Assembly (NCBI GenBank): GCA_019058445.1
Contig: JAHPZA010000009.1
Coordinates: 320,001 to 384,000 of the forward strand
Direction of reading: 5' to 3'
Length of the DNA: 64,000 nucleotides
DNA from: Promethearchaeota archaeon
GTDB lineage: Archaea > Asgardarchaeota > Lokiarchaeia > Sigyniarchaeales > SOKP01
The position numbers were made by a program, and so were the translations under genes. Positions 8,996 through 17,914 of this stretch are shown here, piece by piece (position 1 is the stretch's first letter; every line of letters begins with the position of its first letter). Below the pieces are notes generated by a model. That model saw only the letters and a program-made list of their open reading frames with translations. It made no database searches and had not been told where the DNA came from.

Positions 8996-9053
8996 TTAAT
9001 TTCATCTCACGTTATTTAATTTTGATTCATAATATAACAAATTTCCAAAAATA

Positions 9054-9899
9054 TTAGATTCCTCCACCATAATCACCATAAAAAATTTCTATATCACCTT
9101 CTTTTGGTTGTTTAATAATAGAAAATTTTTTTTCTAATTCTTGTATTCTTTTTTCTAATGCCGAAATCGTGATGGATAAAGGATCTGGCATATCTCCATG
9201 CCGGAGGTCAATTTTTTCTATTTTTTCACCTTTTCTCGAAATGATTTTCCCAGGAACTCCCACAACCACTGAATTTGAAGGGATATCATTTACTACCACG
9301 GAATTAGCCCCCACTCTCACATTATCTCCTATCTTTACAGGTCCTAGTACTTTTGCCCCTGTACCTAAAACAACATTATTTCCAATCGTCGGATGCCGTT
9401 TTTTCTTTTCAAGGGATGTACCTCCTAAAACCACTCCAGCATAGATCGTAACATTATTTCCGATTTCAGCAGTTTCTCCGATGACAACCCCAGTTCCATG
9501 GTCAATAAAAAAATCACTGCCAATAGTAGCTCCAGGATGAATTTCAATGGCTGTCAATTCACGAGCGATATCTGATATATATCTCGGGATAAAAGGCATC
9601 CCTAATTTCCAGAAGAAATGACTAATACGATAAAGAAGAACTGCTTTTATACCAGGATAACTAGTAAGTACTTCTAAAAGACTACTGGCAGCAGGATCTT
9701 TATGAAACGCAGCACTTACATCTGAGACAAAAAAATCTAAAATTTTTTGTAATTCTTTATCAATATCTTGACGATCAACATCTGAAGTTCTATAATTCAA
9801 GTCTAATATGCATTCTGCGCAATATGCTGGACCATTTTGCTCTTTTGTACCCAGGTTTTTACCACAATTTAAGCAGTGTAGGAACTTTTTCATTGACAT
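9054..9899 (-). CDS. cysE: Serine O-acetyltransferase with N-terminal CxxC-x14-CxxC extension
   Basis: DPAA..YPG, EIHPGA.IG..FFIDHGTGVVIGETA, KRHPTIG, hexapeptide repeats; C-terminus GDYGGGI. Confidence 0.93.
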   Translation of the reverse strand: MSMKKFLHCLNCGKNLGTKEQNGPAYCAECILDLNYRTSDVDRQDIDKELQKILDFFVSDVSAAFHKDPAASSLLEVLTSYPGIKAVLLYRISHFFWKLGMPFIPRYISDIARELTAIEIHPGATIGSDFFIDHGTGVVIGETAEIGNNVTIYAGVVLGGTSLEKKKRHPTIGNNVVLGTGAKVLGPVKIGDNVRVGANSVVVNDIPSNSVVVGVPGKIISRKGEKIEKIDLRHGDMPDPLSITISALEKRIQELEKKFSIIKQPKEGDIEIFYGDYGGGI

Positions 9900-10104
9900 T
9901 TGATCACATATAATACTTTAGAAATTTTATATTTCTATCTATAAAGACTTTATTATCATAATTTCATATAAATTTGGTTTATAATTTAAAAAGAAAATAG
10001 AATATAAGACTACACTATTCTTGCTATATCCTATGATTATTAAATATATTATAACTTTTTGAAAAAAAATTGCTAAGAAGAGAACAGAATAATTTTAAGA
10101 TCAA

Positions 10105-10392
10105 TTATTCTCCGAGTAATTCTTTAACTTCCTCCATTCCTTCTTGCATTTCTTTTTCCTGTTGTTTGTCATGTTTTAACAATAAGTATTGGAATTCTCC
10201 AACATGTTCTTTTTCCTCTTTCGCTACGTCCATTAAAACTGCCTTTATATTTTTATCATCAGTTAATGCTGCCATCTGTTCGTATAGGTTTATGGCATCT
10301 AATTCAGCCAACATTGCTGTTCGGAGTATTTGTTTATTGAGAGCTTCCTTACTTACCTTTTCAAGAATAATAGGGATATTTGCTAAAGTCAT
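10105..10392 (-). CDS. Small ferritin-like protein (EncFtn/Flp or half-rubrerythrin type)
   Basis: AELDAINLYEQ...EEKEHVGEF di-iron helix pair. Confidence 0.85.
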   Translation of the reverse strand: MTLANIPIILEKVSKEALNKQILRTAMLAELDAINLYEQMAALTDDKNIKAVLMDVAKEEKEHVGEFQYLLLKHDKQQEKEMQEGMEEVKELLGE

Positions 10393-10667
10393 TTTATTAC
10401 CTCCTTTTAGATTTATTTTTATTTGGATTGTAAATCCTTACACTTTATGTTCTGATAATATCATTTAAAAAATTGACGTATAAAACTTATAAAGTGACTT
10501 TTTAAGGGAATTTATAAATTAAAGATAATCATCTCATAAACAATATCTTATAATTAGCAAAACCTGCCAATTTTTAATAAATCATAGAAAAAACGTTTAA
10601 TAACCCAATCGCTCTATTTTGATAACAGAAATCATATACTTAAAAAAATTAAAAAAAGTGAAATCTT

Positions 10668-10973
10668 ATGTCAGAACAAGAAAAACTTTATGTATCTCCT
10701 GATGTATGTATGTGGCCAAATGATGAACACGATACATACCATATTGAAATTACCTTACCGGGAGTGGAAAAGGACACTTTAAAATTGAAAATGCATGAGG
10801 ATTCATTTTTCATTAAAGGGGAAACAGATGATACAGTATACATAGGTTCTTATGCCGTATGTTGTGAAATTGACCCTGAAAAGGCTAAAGCTTTTTACAA
10901 AAATGGATTACTTAAGATAGATGTTCCCTTTAAAGAACCTGAGTTCCATAGCATTGATGTAGCCATAGACTAA
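10668..10973 (+). CDS. Hsp20/alpha-crystallin family small heat-shock protein
   Basis: IEITLPGVEK...AKAFYKNGLLKI. Confidence 0.85.
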   Translation: MSEQEKLYVSPDVCMWPNDEHDTYHIEITLPGVEKDTLKLKMHEDSFFIKGETDDTVYIGSYAVCCEIDPEKAKAFYKNGLLKIDVPFKEPEFHSIDVAID

Positions 10974-11015
10974 CAATAAAAAAATACTTCTTTTTTTTAT
11001 TATTTCTTTAATTGT

Positions 11016-11729
11016 TTATGATTTAGCAAATTTCTCTTTAGATGCTATCAAAGCTTTAACATCAAAAGGTTTACCATGAGCGGGATAAATGGTTTTTGCC
11101 CCGTGATCGATGATTTTCTGCCAACTTTCAAAGACGGTATTTATATCCTGAGCAAAAATTGGTCTCTTTTTTATACCGGTGAATTTTAGAAAATTCATAG
11201 CTACATCACCAACAAAAGCATTCCCATTAGCTAATACAATAGCTAGATGATCCGAAGTATGTCCGGGAGTATAGAGGATAGCACCATCTATTCCTAGCGT
11301 CTTTAAAAGTTCATGATTATCACTATCAAGAATGATATCTTCTTCTGATAATCTTACCGGGGGATATCCAAATTCATGAAACCGCTCAAACAATTTAAAT
11401 GTGAACTTGACGCGCTTATTAATTGGTAGTGCATCTTCTTCAGGTTTTCCTTGTTCTAAATAAGATAAAGCATTCTTATGAACAATAATTTTCGCTCCAG
11501 TTTTTTCCACTAATTTAGTTGCAAAACCGGCGTGATCATCATGATGATGGGTTAAAAAAAGATACTTGATATCAGTTAGATTTATCTTAATTTTCTTAAT
11601 TTTCTTTTCAAATTTTTCATAATCTTTTGGATAACTGGTATCTATTAATAAGTACCCTTCATTGCATTTTAAAAAGTAGCAATTCGTATAGCTTAATTTT
11701 ATGGACTGAATTTCATTTGATTTTTCCAT
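11016..11729 (-). CDS. MBL-fold metallo-hydrolase
   Basis: THHHDDHAG, TPGHT, GD, PAHG. Confidence 0.9.
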   Translation of the reverse strand: MEKSNEIQSIKLSYTNCYFLKCNEGYLLIDTSYPKDYEKFEKKIKKIKINLTDIKYLFLTHHHDDHAGFATKLVEKTGAKIIVHKNALSYLEQGKPEEDALPINKRVKFTFKLFERFHEFGYPPVRLSEEDIILDSDNHELLKTLGIDGAILYTPGHTSDHLAIVLANGNAFVGDVAMNFLKFTGIKKRPIFAQDINTVFESWQKIIDHGAKTIYPAHGKPFDVKALIASKEKFAKS

Positions 11730-11855
11730 ATAGATAATAAACCAAAATAATATATAAAATAAATAAAAACAAAATAAGAAGCAATTTTTTTTAATATCAC
11801 ATCCTTATGAAAAATAATCCAAATTGCAAAGAGAAAAGAAAGTTGGTGTTTTCTT

Positions 11856-13427
11856 TTGAAAAAAAAAGTTCACAATAAAATCGAATACTATAGGTATAAG
11901 ATTCAAAAGGCTTCTTTAGATTTAAAAGCGTTACTCCGGGAGGAAATTGAAGAATATGAAATCTTGTTATATGGAAAAAGAGGACTTCGTTATAGGATTG
12001 ATCGGCTCGAGCAACTATTATATGGAGAGGTTGAGAAACATTGGTTTAACGAATTAAGAGGGCAGAGCCATGCATTAAATAACATAAGAATCTTTTTTAA
12101 GGGTAGTTATAGCTCATTTGTCATAAAAAATCTTATAAAAAGCATCTCTCAAATAGGAATAATTAATATTATTAAATTAGCATTGCATCAAATGAAAGTA
12201 AGTAATGAGATGAGAAAAATCAACTCAAATATTAGTCATAACGATGAATTTAATGCAATTCTTCAGTATCGAAAAAAAGAAAAGCTCAAACTCTTAAGAG
12301 AGCCTAAAGAAGAAGAGGGATTAACATCATATGAGCGATTCAATAAAGCTGTTCAGCTAAAGGAACCCGATCGAATTCCAATAACCCCTTTGATGGACTA
12401 CTTTTATGCTGCAAATAATAATATGTCATCCAAAGAATTTGTTTTGGGTCCTATTGAAAATCTTTTTACCGCTGTAAGAAATACTTATGCAAAATTTGAA
12501 GGGAAGCTCGATATGGTACACCTCCCTATGGGTCGCCTATACGCCTTTTATAATATATTACCTTTAGGGCCATCGGGATTTTATAATGAGTTAGATTATT
12601 CTGATGAAATTCCAAGCACTCTTCAATTTATAGAAAAAGGGTATATAAAAACAAAGGATCTTAAAAAAATAAAAAAATTAGGGTTAAGATCGATCTGGAG
12701 ACCTGTGAGTAATTTAAAGATTCTTGAAACTCAAGCTGATTTTCTAAAAATTGGAAAATATATTAATTATTGGGAACATAAAAAGCACGTACCCATTTAT
12801 GCTACGAGTGGAATCGTTACACCTTTAGAAGGTTTATGCTATTTAATGGGTATAAAGAATTGGGCTAAAGCAATTAGGAAACACAAGGAAGAGCTCAGAG
12901 AATTTTGTGAACTACTTCTGGACTCTACCCTAGCTAATGATTATGTAATGTATTCATTGTCTCAAGTAAAAAGGACTTACATTTGTTTGGAACGTGTAAG
13001 TCCAATGTTTATTTCTCCTAATGATTTTGAGGAATTAGTTTTACATGATCTAAGAGAAATCGTTAAAGAAAATGTTAGAAATGGTCTTACTACTGTATTT
13101 CATATGGATACTGATTGGACTCCTTTCTTTCATTATTTCCTCGAATTCCCTAAAAATGGAAAGTATATTCTTCACTTAGAAGATTCTGATATTTTTAAAG
13201 CAAAAGAAATGCTGGGTAGTCGATTTTGTATTATGGGTAATATTCAAACAAAATTCTTACGATTTGGAACAGAACAACAAATAATAGATAAAACCAAAGA
13301 ATTAATTGAGGGTTGTAAAGAAGGAGGGGGATACATGATGGCAGAGGGTTGTGAGGTCGCTCCAGATACTCCTTTTAAGAATCTTAAGATTTGGGTAGAA
13401 ACAACCTTGAAATATGGAGCATACTAA
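11856..13427 (+). CDS. Uroporphyrinogen decarboxylase/MtaA-CmuA-family protein with about 150-aa N-terminal extension
   Basis: ERF.KAV.LKEPDRIP, SPNDFEE, FHMD, DIFKAKE.LG..CIMGNI, GGGYMM..GC.V.PD.P. Confidence 0.8.
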   Translation: MKKKVHNKIEYYRYKIQKASLDLKALLREEIEEYEILLYGKRGLRYRIDRLEQLLYGEVEKHWFNELRGQSHALNNIRIFFKGSYSSFVIKNLIKSISQIGIINIIKLALHQMKVSNEMRKINSNISHNDEFNAILQYRKKEKLKLLREPKEEEGLTSYERFNKAVQLKEPDRIPITPLMDYFYAANNNMSSKEFVLGPIENLFTAVRNTYAKFEGKLDMVHLPMGRLYAFYNILPLGPSGFYNELDYSDEIPSTLQFIEKGYIKTKDLKKIKKLGLRSIWRPVSNLKILETQADFLKIGKYINYWEHKKHVPIYATSGIVTPLEGLCYLMGIKNWAKAIRKHKEELREFCELLLDSTLANDYVMYSLSQVKRTYICLERVSPMFISPNDFEELVLHDLREIVKENVRNGLTTVFHMDTDWTPFFHYFLEFPKNGKYILHLEDSDIFKAKEMLGSRFCIMGNIQTKFLRFGTEQQIIDKTKELIEGCKEGGGYMMAEGCEVAPDTPFKNLKIWVETTLKYGAY

Positions 13428-13447
13428 TTTTGAATTTATCAGTGAAA

Positions 13448-14392
13448 TTAATATTCTATTTCCATCTCTTTAAGATAGTCAAAAGCAGAATAGGCCGCAA
13501 TTACCCCTTCAGCTACCCCTGTGATGGCTTGCTTGAAAGGAGCGTCTGCAACATCTCCCGCGGCGAAAATACCGGGGATATTTGTTTCAGACTTTCGGTT
13601 GATAATGATTTCACCTTTTTCATTTGTGTTAACTCCAATTCTTTTAGCAAGATCTGAATTTGGATTTGATCCGATTTCGATAAATACCCCATCAACCTCA
13701 AATTCCTTACCATTATCAAATATTACTGCTCTTACGGAATTATCTCCTTTTATTCCCGTAATATTAGTTTTATAGATAATCTCGATTTTTTCATTATCAT
13801 ATACACGCTTTTTATTTATGGGTTCCGCTCGTATTTCTTCTCCCCGATATATAATGTATACCTTTTTCGCATTTTGGGTAAGGAACAGTGCTTCTTTTGT
13901 GGCAGAATCACTCCCACCTATGACACAAACTACTTTATCCTTAAAGAACGGACCATCACATGTAGCACAATAAGACACTCCTCTTCCCGTAAATTCCTCT
14001 TCTCCGGGGATTCCCAGTTTTCTTCTTTCTGAACCAGTGGCGATGCAAATTGTACGGGCTTTAAACTGCTGAAAAAAGGATTGAAGAACAAAATAATCCT
14101 CTTTTTGTTCAATGCTCCCTATCTCATCGGAAATATAAGAAATATTTAACGATTGCATATGTTCTCTAAACATTTCCATGAATCCTGGACCGCTTACAGA
14201 AGTAATTCCCGGATAATTCTCTATAATATGAGTTGTTGCGATTAATCCGCCAAATGTTTTTCCAACAATAAGTACGTCCATCGCGAAGCGAGCAGCATAA
14301 ATCGCACAGCCAATAGCCGTTGGACCTCCTCCTAAAACGATAATATCATAAATCTTTTCGGGATCGAACCCGAGTGAATCAGTAGGAAACAC
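13448..14392 (-). CDS. trxB: Thioredoxin-disulfide reductase
   Basis: GGGP, ENYPG, GRGVSYCATCDG, IGGSDSA, GIFAAGDV. Confidence 0.93.
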   Translation of the reverse strand: MFPTDSLGFDPEKIYDIIVLGGGPTAIGCAIYAARFAMDVLIVGKTFGGLIATTHIIENYPGITSVSGPGFMEMFREHMQSLNISYISDEIGSIEQKEDYFVLQSFFQQFKARTICIATGSERRKLGIPGEEEFTGRGVSYCATCDGPFFKDKVVCVIGGSDSATKEALFLTQNAKKVYIIYRGEEIRAEPINKKRVYDNEKIEIIYKTNITGIKGDNSVRAVIFDNGKEFEVDGVFIEIGSNPNSDLAKRIGVNTNEKGEIIINRKSETNIPGIFAAGDVADAPFKQAITGVAEGVIAAYSAFDYLKEMEIEY

Positions 14393-15062
14393 GTATATTC
14401 CCTCCTATTAATGATCGTAATATTTCATTTGGCCCAACCATCCCAGTAATTGTCTTTTGATCATTGATGATTGTGTAGGGGACACCTGCGGCATCATAAT
14501 ATTGGCCGATATCTTGATTGTGGTTTATATCGATAATTACCGTTCTAATCTTCCCCTCAGAAGCTAGCGCAAACATATTCGCGATGGTAATAACTTGAGG
14601 ACAATAGGGACAAGTTTCCGTCATCATTATTTTTATTGTACTAGGCTCTATCCTGTTTAAATTCTGTTTTATTGTAGCTTCATAATAATTAGGGGCACCT
14701 GCAAAAGTAAATATTGATTGAATAAAGGGCTGGATCTCAGCACCCTGAGGAGCTGCTAAGTACCTGATTACCTCTCTTCCATTATTATCGATAAAAAGAA
14801 TTGTGGGCACACGAGAAATATCATATTGCTTCACAAACTCAGGATTATCATCTATTGACATTTCTTCAATGGTGAGCATTCCATTTGAGTTTTCCTCATA
14901 AATTCGTAATAATGTCATGAATTGACTACAATCCATACAAGCTCTTATCTTAGATCCATCTGCCTCAATCCTTTGAGAAGTAAAAACTTTTAATTTTACT
15001 GGTGTTTTTAATTTAGCCATTTCCCTCCGAATAATTTCCTTATAATGTTCATCTGAAGACAT
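14379..15062 (-). CDS. Protein disulfide oxidoreductase (PDO/AhpF-N-like, two thioredoxin folds)
   Basis: CMDC and CPYC active sites, each with a downstream cis-Pro VP motif. Confidence 0.85.
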   Translation of the reverse strand: MSSDEHYKEIIRREMAKLKTPVKLKVFTSQRIEADGSKIRACMDCSQFMTLLRIYEENSNGMLTIEEMSIDDNPEFVKQYDISRVPTILFIDNNGREVIRYLAAPQGAEIQPFIQSIFTFAGAPNYYEATIKQNLNRIEPSTIKIMMTETCPYCPQVITIANMFALASEGKIRTVIIDINHNQDIGQYYDAAGVPYTIINDQKTITGMVGPNEILRSLIGGNIRVSY

Positions 15063-15096
15063 TTCGAATCATACCTCCTTATTTTTAATTTATATG

Positions 15097-15789
15097 TTAA
15101 GCATACATCCCGTCAAAATCTCTTTTTCCTTTTGTGAGTTTATCTAATAAGTCTTGAGGTGAAAACATGCCATAAATATGTTCTTTTTCATTTATCATTG
15201 TATGGGGAACTCCCTGAATTTGGTATTTCATCGCAATGTCTTGATTGGCGTTAATATCAATGATATTGACTTTAATTTTTCCATCTGATAAAGTAGCAAA
15301 TAAATTTGCAATAGGTACAACTGTGGGACAATATGGGCATGTATGAGTAATAAACAATTTGATTTCTGATTTCCCGATTTTCTTAAGGTTTGTCATGATG
15401 GTGTCTTTGTAAAAAGAAACCGATCCAGAGAAATCTTGTAAACTTTTAATAAAAGGTGCTAATTCTGCTCCTGAAGGTTCTGCGGTATACCGTATGACTT
15501 CCCGATCTTTTTCATCTATAAAAAGAATAGTTGGAATTCTTACAACCTTATATTTTTCTACGATGTCAGGATTCTCCTCAGTGGAGTATTCTTCAACATC
15601 TAATTTACCATTAGAGTGCTGTTCCAATACATTCAACAAATTAAAAGTGCTATCACATGCCATACACTGTCTAATTTTTGTTCCATCGTCTTGAGTTTTG
15701 AAATCGGTAAATAATTTTAAAGAGACTCTGTCTTTCAATTTAGCCATTTCATTTATTATAAGTTTTTCATTTTGAACTATGTAGGACAT
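15097..15789 (-). CDS. Protein disulfide oxidoreductase, paralog of the downstream gene
   Basis: CMAC and CPYC sites; clearly similar to 14379-15062. Confidence 0.85.
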   Translation of the reverse strand: MSYIVQNEKLIINEMAKLKDRVSLKLFTDFKTQDDGTKIRQCMACDSTFNLLNVLEQHSNGKLDVEEYSTEENPDIVEKYKVVRIPTILFIDEKDREVIRYTAEPSGAELAPFIKSLQDFSGSVSFYKDTIMTNLKKIGKSEIKLFITHTCPYCPTVVPIANLFATLSDGKIKVNIIDINANQDIAMKYQIQGVPHTMINEKEHIYGMFSPQDLLDKLTKGKRDFDGMYA

Positions 15790-16011
15790 CTTTAAATCTA
15801 CTCTTTGTGATTTAACCTAAGATAATTTAGGCAATTTAATATAAAAATCTTTTATACTCTAATCTATAAGAAAATAGCATAAAAAGGTTATTCTAATAAA
15901 AATAAAATTATCATTTCAATTTATAAAATAAAAAAATAGGACTCTTGAAGAAATGATATTATATTTATCATCTAATCAACGAATGAAATAAAAAAAAGAT
16001 TTGAAGATAAT

Positions 16012-17820
16012 CTAGTTAAGATGTTTTTTAATATAATCTATTGTCTTTGTTAAGAGAGGGATTTTTTCTTCCCAATTAAACATTGCCGAAATATGGCCTG
16101 CCTTTTCAAACAAATTAAATTCATGAGGGTGATTTTTTTCTTTAAGTTTGTCAATAAATCTTTCGATTGGTTCTATTGGGCATCTTGTGTCATTTTTACC
16201 CCCCATTATCATTACAGGAGCCTTTATATCAGAAACAAATGTAATTGGACTTCGATCTAAATATAACTGCTTTAATTCTTTTCGTGGTTTTCCTCCAAAC
16301 AGAGCCGCTTCAAATTGTTGGAAGAATAGATCTGATAATTTATACATATGAAGCCAGTCCACGACAGGTACCAAAGAAACTCCTGTAACAAAAACATTGG
16401 GTTTTTTTGTTAGTGCTATTAATGTCATGTAGCCACCATAGGAAGCACCAGTTATACTCAATTTAGATCCATCAATTTCTGATCGTTCTTTCAGCCATTT
16501 TGCTCCGTAGACAACATCTTCTAAATCTCCACCCCCAGGATCACCTATATCCAAATTTTGGAATTCCGTACCATAACCCGTTGATCCTCTATAGTTCGGA
16601 GCTAAAACTGCCATACCATTCTGGGAAAAAGCTTGGTGGTTCATTCCGTAAATCCAAGAATCACTAGTCTGACTCCAAGGTCCACCGTGGATATGCATTA
16701 CTGCAGGAATTTTTGCTTTTTCAGAAATAGCAGGAATATACCACCCATGGATTTTATGTCCATCAAACGAATCATACCATATAGACTGAGGAGGGGTAAA
16801 TTTTGTAATATCTATATTAAAATCTCTTGTGGTAAGAGGCTTTATGGACTCTGTTCCTAATTCGTGAATATATAATCCATAAGGATCTTTTAGTGAAGAA
16901 TGTAATGTAATGATTTTTTTACCATCCTTACTAATTTTTGGCCACTCAACAGTACCTATTGGAAATGGAAGAGGTTCCTCAACACTGACTCCAATAGGAT
17001 GACCACGTAAAGTTGATCGCCCATGTTTAGCTACAATATAATAAATCTTATCACCTTTAGGGCTCCAAACAGCTCCACCAAAATAAGGATTGGCATCCTC
17101 CTCTTGATCTAACTCTAGCATGATAGAGTCTTCCCCTTGAAATTCTTGGATATAGAGTCTTCCCCGCCCAGTTGCTTCGCTAAATAAAGCTAACTTTTTA
17201 TCATCAGAAGACCACGAAGGAATCCCATCTCTTGTATCTTTTTTAATACTATAAATAATAATATCAGATGGATCTTTTCTATTTATAACAGATACTTCAG
17301 TATCTATAAAACTTTTGATGGATGTACAAGCAAACCATTTAGCATCATGAGAATAATGTAAGTCGTATAGTATTGGTCCCTTATAATCCAGAATGTACGA
17401 TTCTTCAGTTTTAAGATTAATTGTTTCTATACCTCCGCCTTTAGGGGATATAATTGTGCGGGAAATCTCCATTCCATCAGGATTCCATGAAATTCCCATT
17501 GTTCTATAAGGATTTATGCTTATTTGTTTTTTCTCTCCATCTTCAGTTGAAAGGTTGAAAAGATGAGAGATTTCATCTCCATCTTTATCCATGGGATAAA
17601 CAATATATTTACCGTCTGGTGATAAATTACCTCCTAGGATGGATTGATTCTCCTTAGTTAATTGCTTAGGCCCTTTACTTAAATCTGTGGGAAGGAGATA
17701 TAGTTGTAGCAAACCAGTATTATTAGAGGAATAAATAATGTATTTACAATTCTCATCTGTATCAAAACTCCAAATAATAGGAATCTTAACAATATCTTCA
17801 ATTGTGATGCTAATTTTCAT
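16012..17820 (-). CDS. S9-family peptidase (acylaminoacyl/prolyl oligopeptidase type)
   Basis: N-terminal propeller repeats (SPDG, WSPKG); HGGP, NYRGSTGYG, GASYGG (Ser), ND.RCP (Asp), AGH (His). Confidence 0.92.
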   Translation of the reverse strand: MKISITIEDIVKIPIIWSFDTDENCKYIIYSSNNTGLLQLYLLPTDLSKGPKQLTKENQSILGGNLSPDGKYIVYPMDKDGDEISHLFNLSTEDGEKKQISINPYRTMGISWNPDGMEISRTIISPKGGGIETINLKTEESYILDYKGPILYDLHYSHDAKWFACTSIKSFIDTEVSVINRKDPSDIIIYSIKKDTRDGIPSWSSDDKKLALFSEATGRGRLYIQEFQGEDSIMLELDQEEDANPYFGGAVWSPKGDKIYYIVAKHGRSTLRGHPIGVSVEEPLPFPIGTVEWPKISKDGKKIITLHSSLKDPYGLYIHELGTESIKPLTTRDFNIDITKFTPPQSIWYDSFDGHKIHGWYIPAISEKAKIPAVMHIHGGPWSQTSDSWIYGMNHQAFSQNGMAVLAPNYRGSTGYGTEFQNLDIGDPGGGDLEDVVYGAKWLKERSEIDGSKLSITGASYGGYMTLIALTKKPNVFVTGVSLVPVVDWLHMYKLSDLFFQQFEAALFGGKPRKELKQLYLDRSPITFVSDIKAPVMIMGGKNDTRCPIEPIERFIDKLKEKNHPHEFNLFEKAGHISAMFNWEEKIPLLTKTIDYIKKHLN

Positions 17821-17914
17821 TCACCTATGATTTTTTAGTTCATAAAAATTTGATTTCGATTAGGTTAAGTATAGTTTAGATTTGAATTAAATTATTTGAA
17901 TTTTTTTTGCAATA

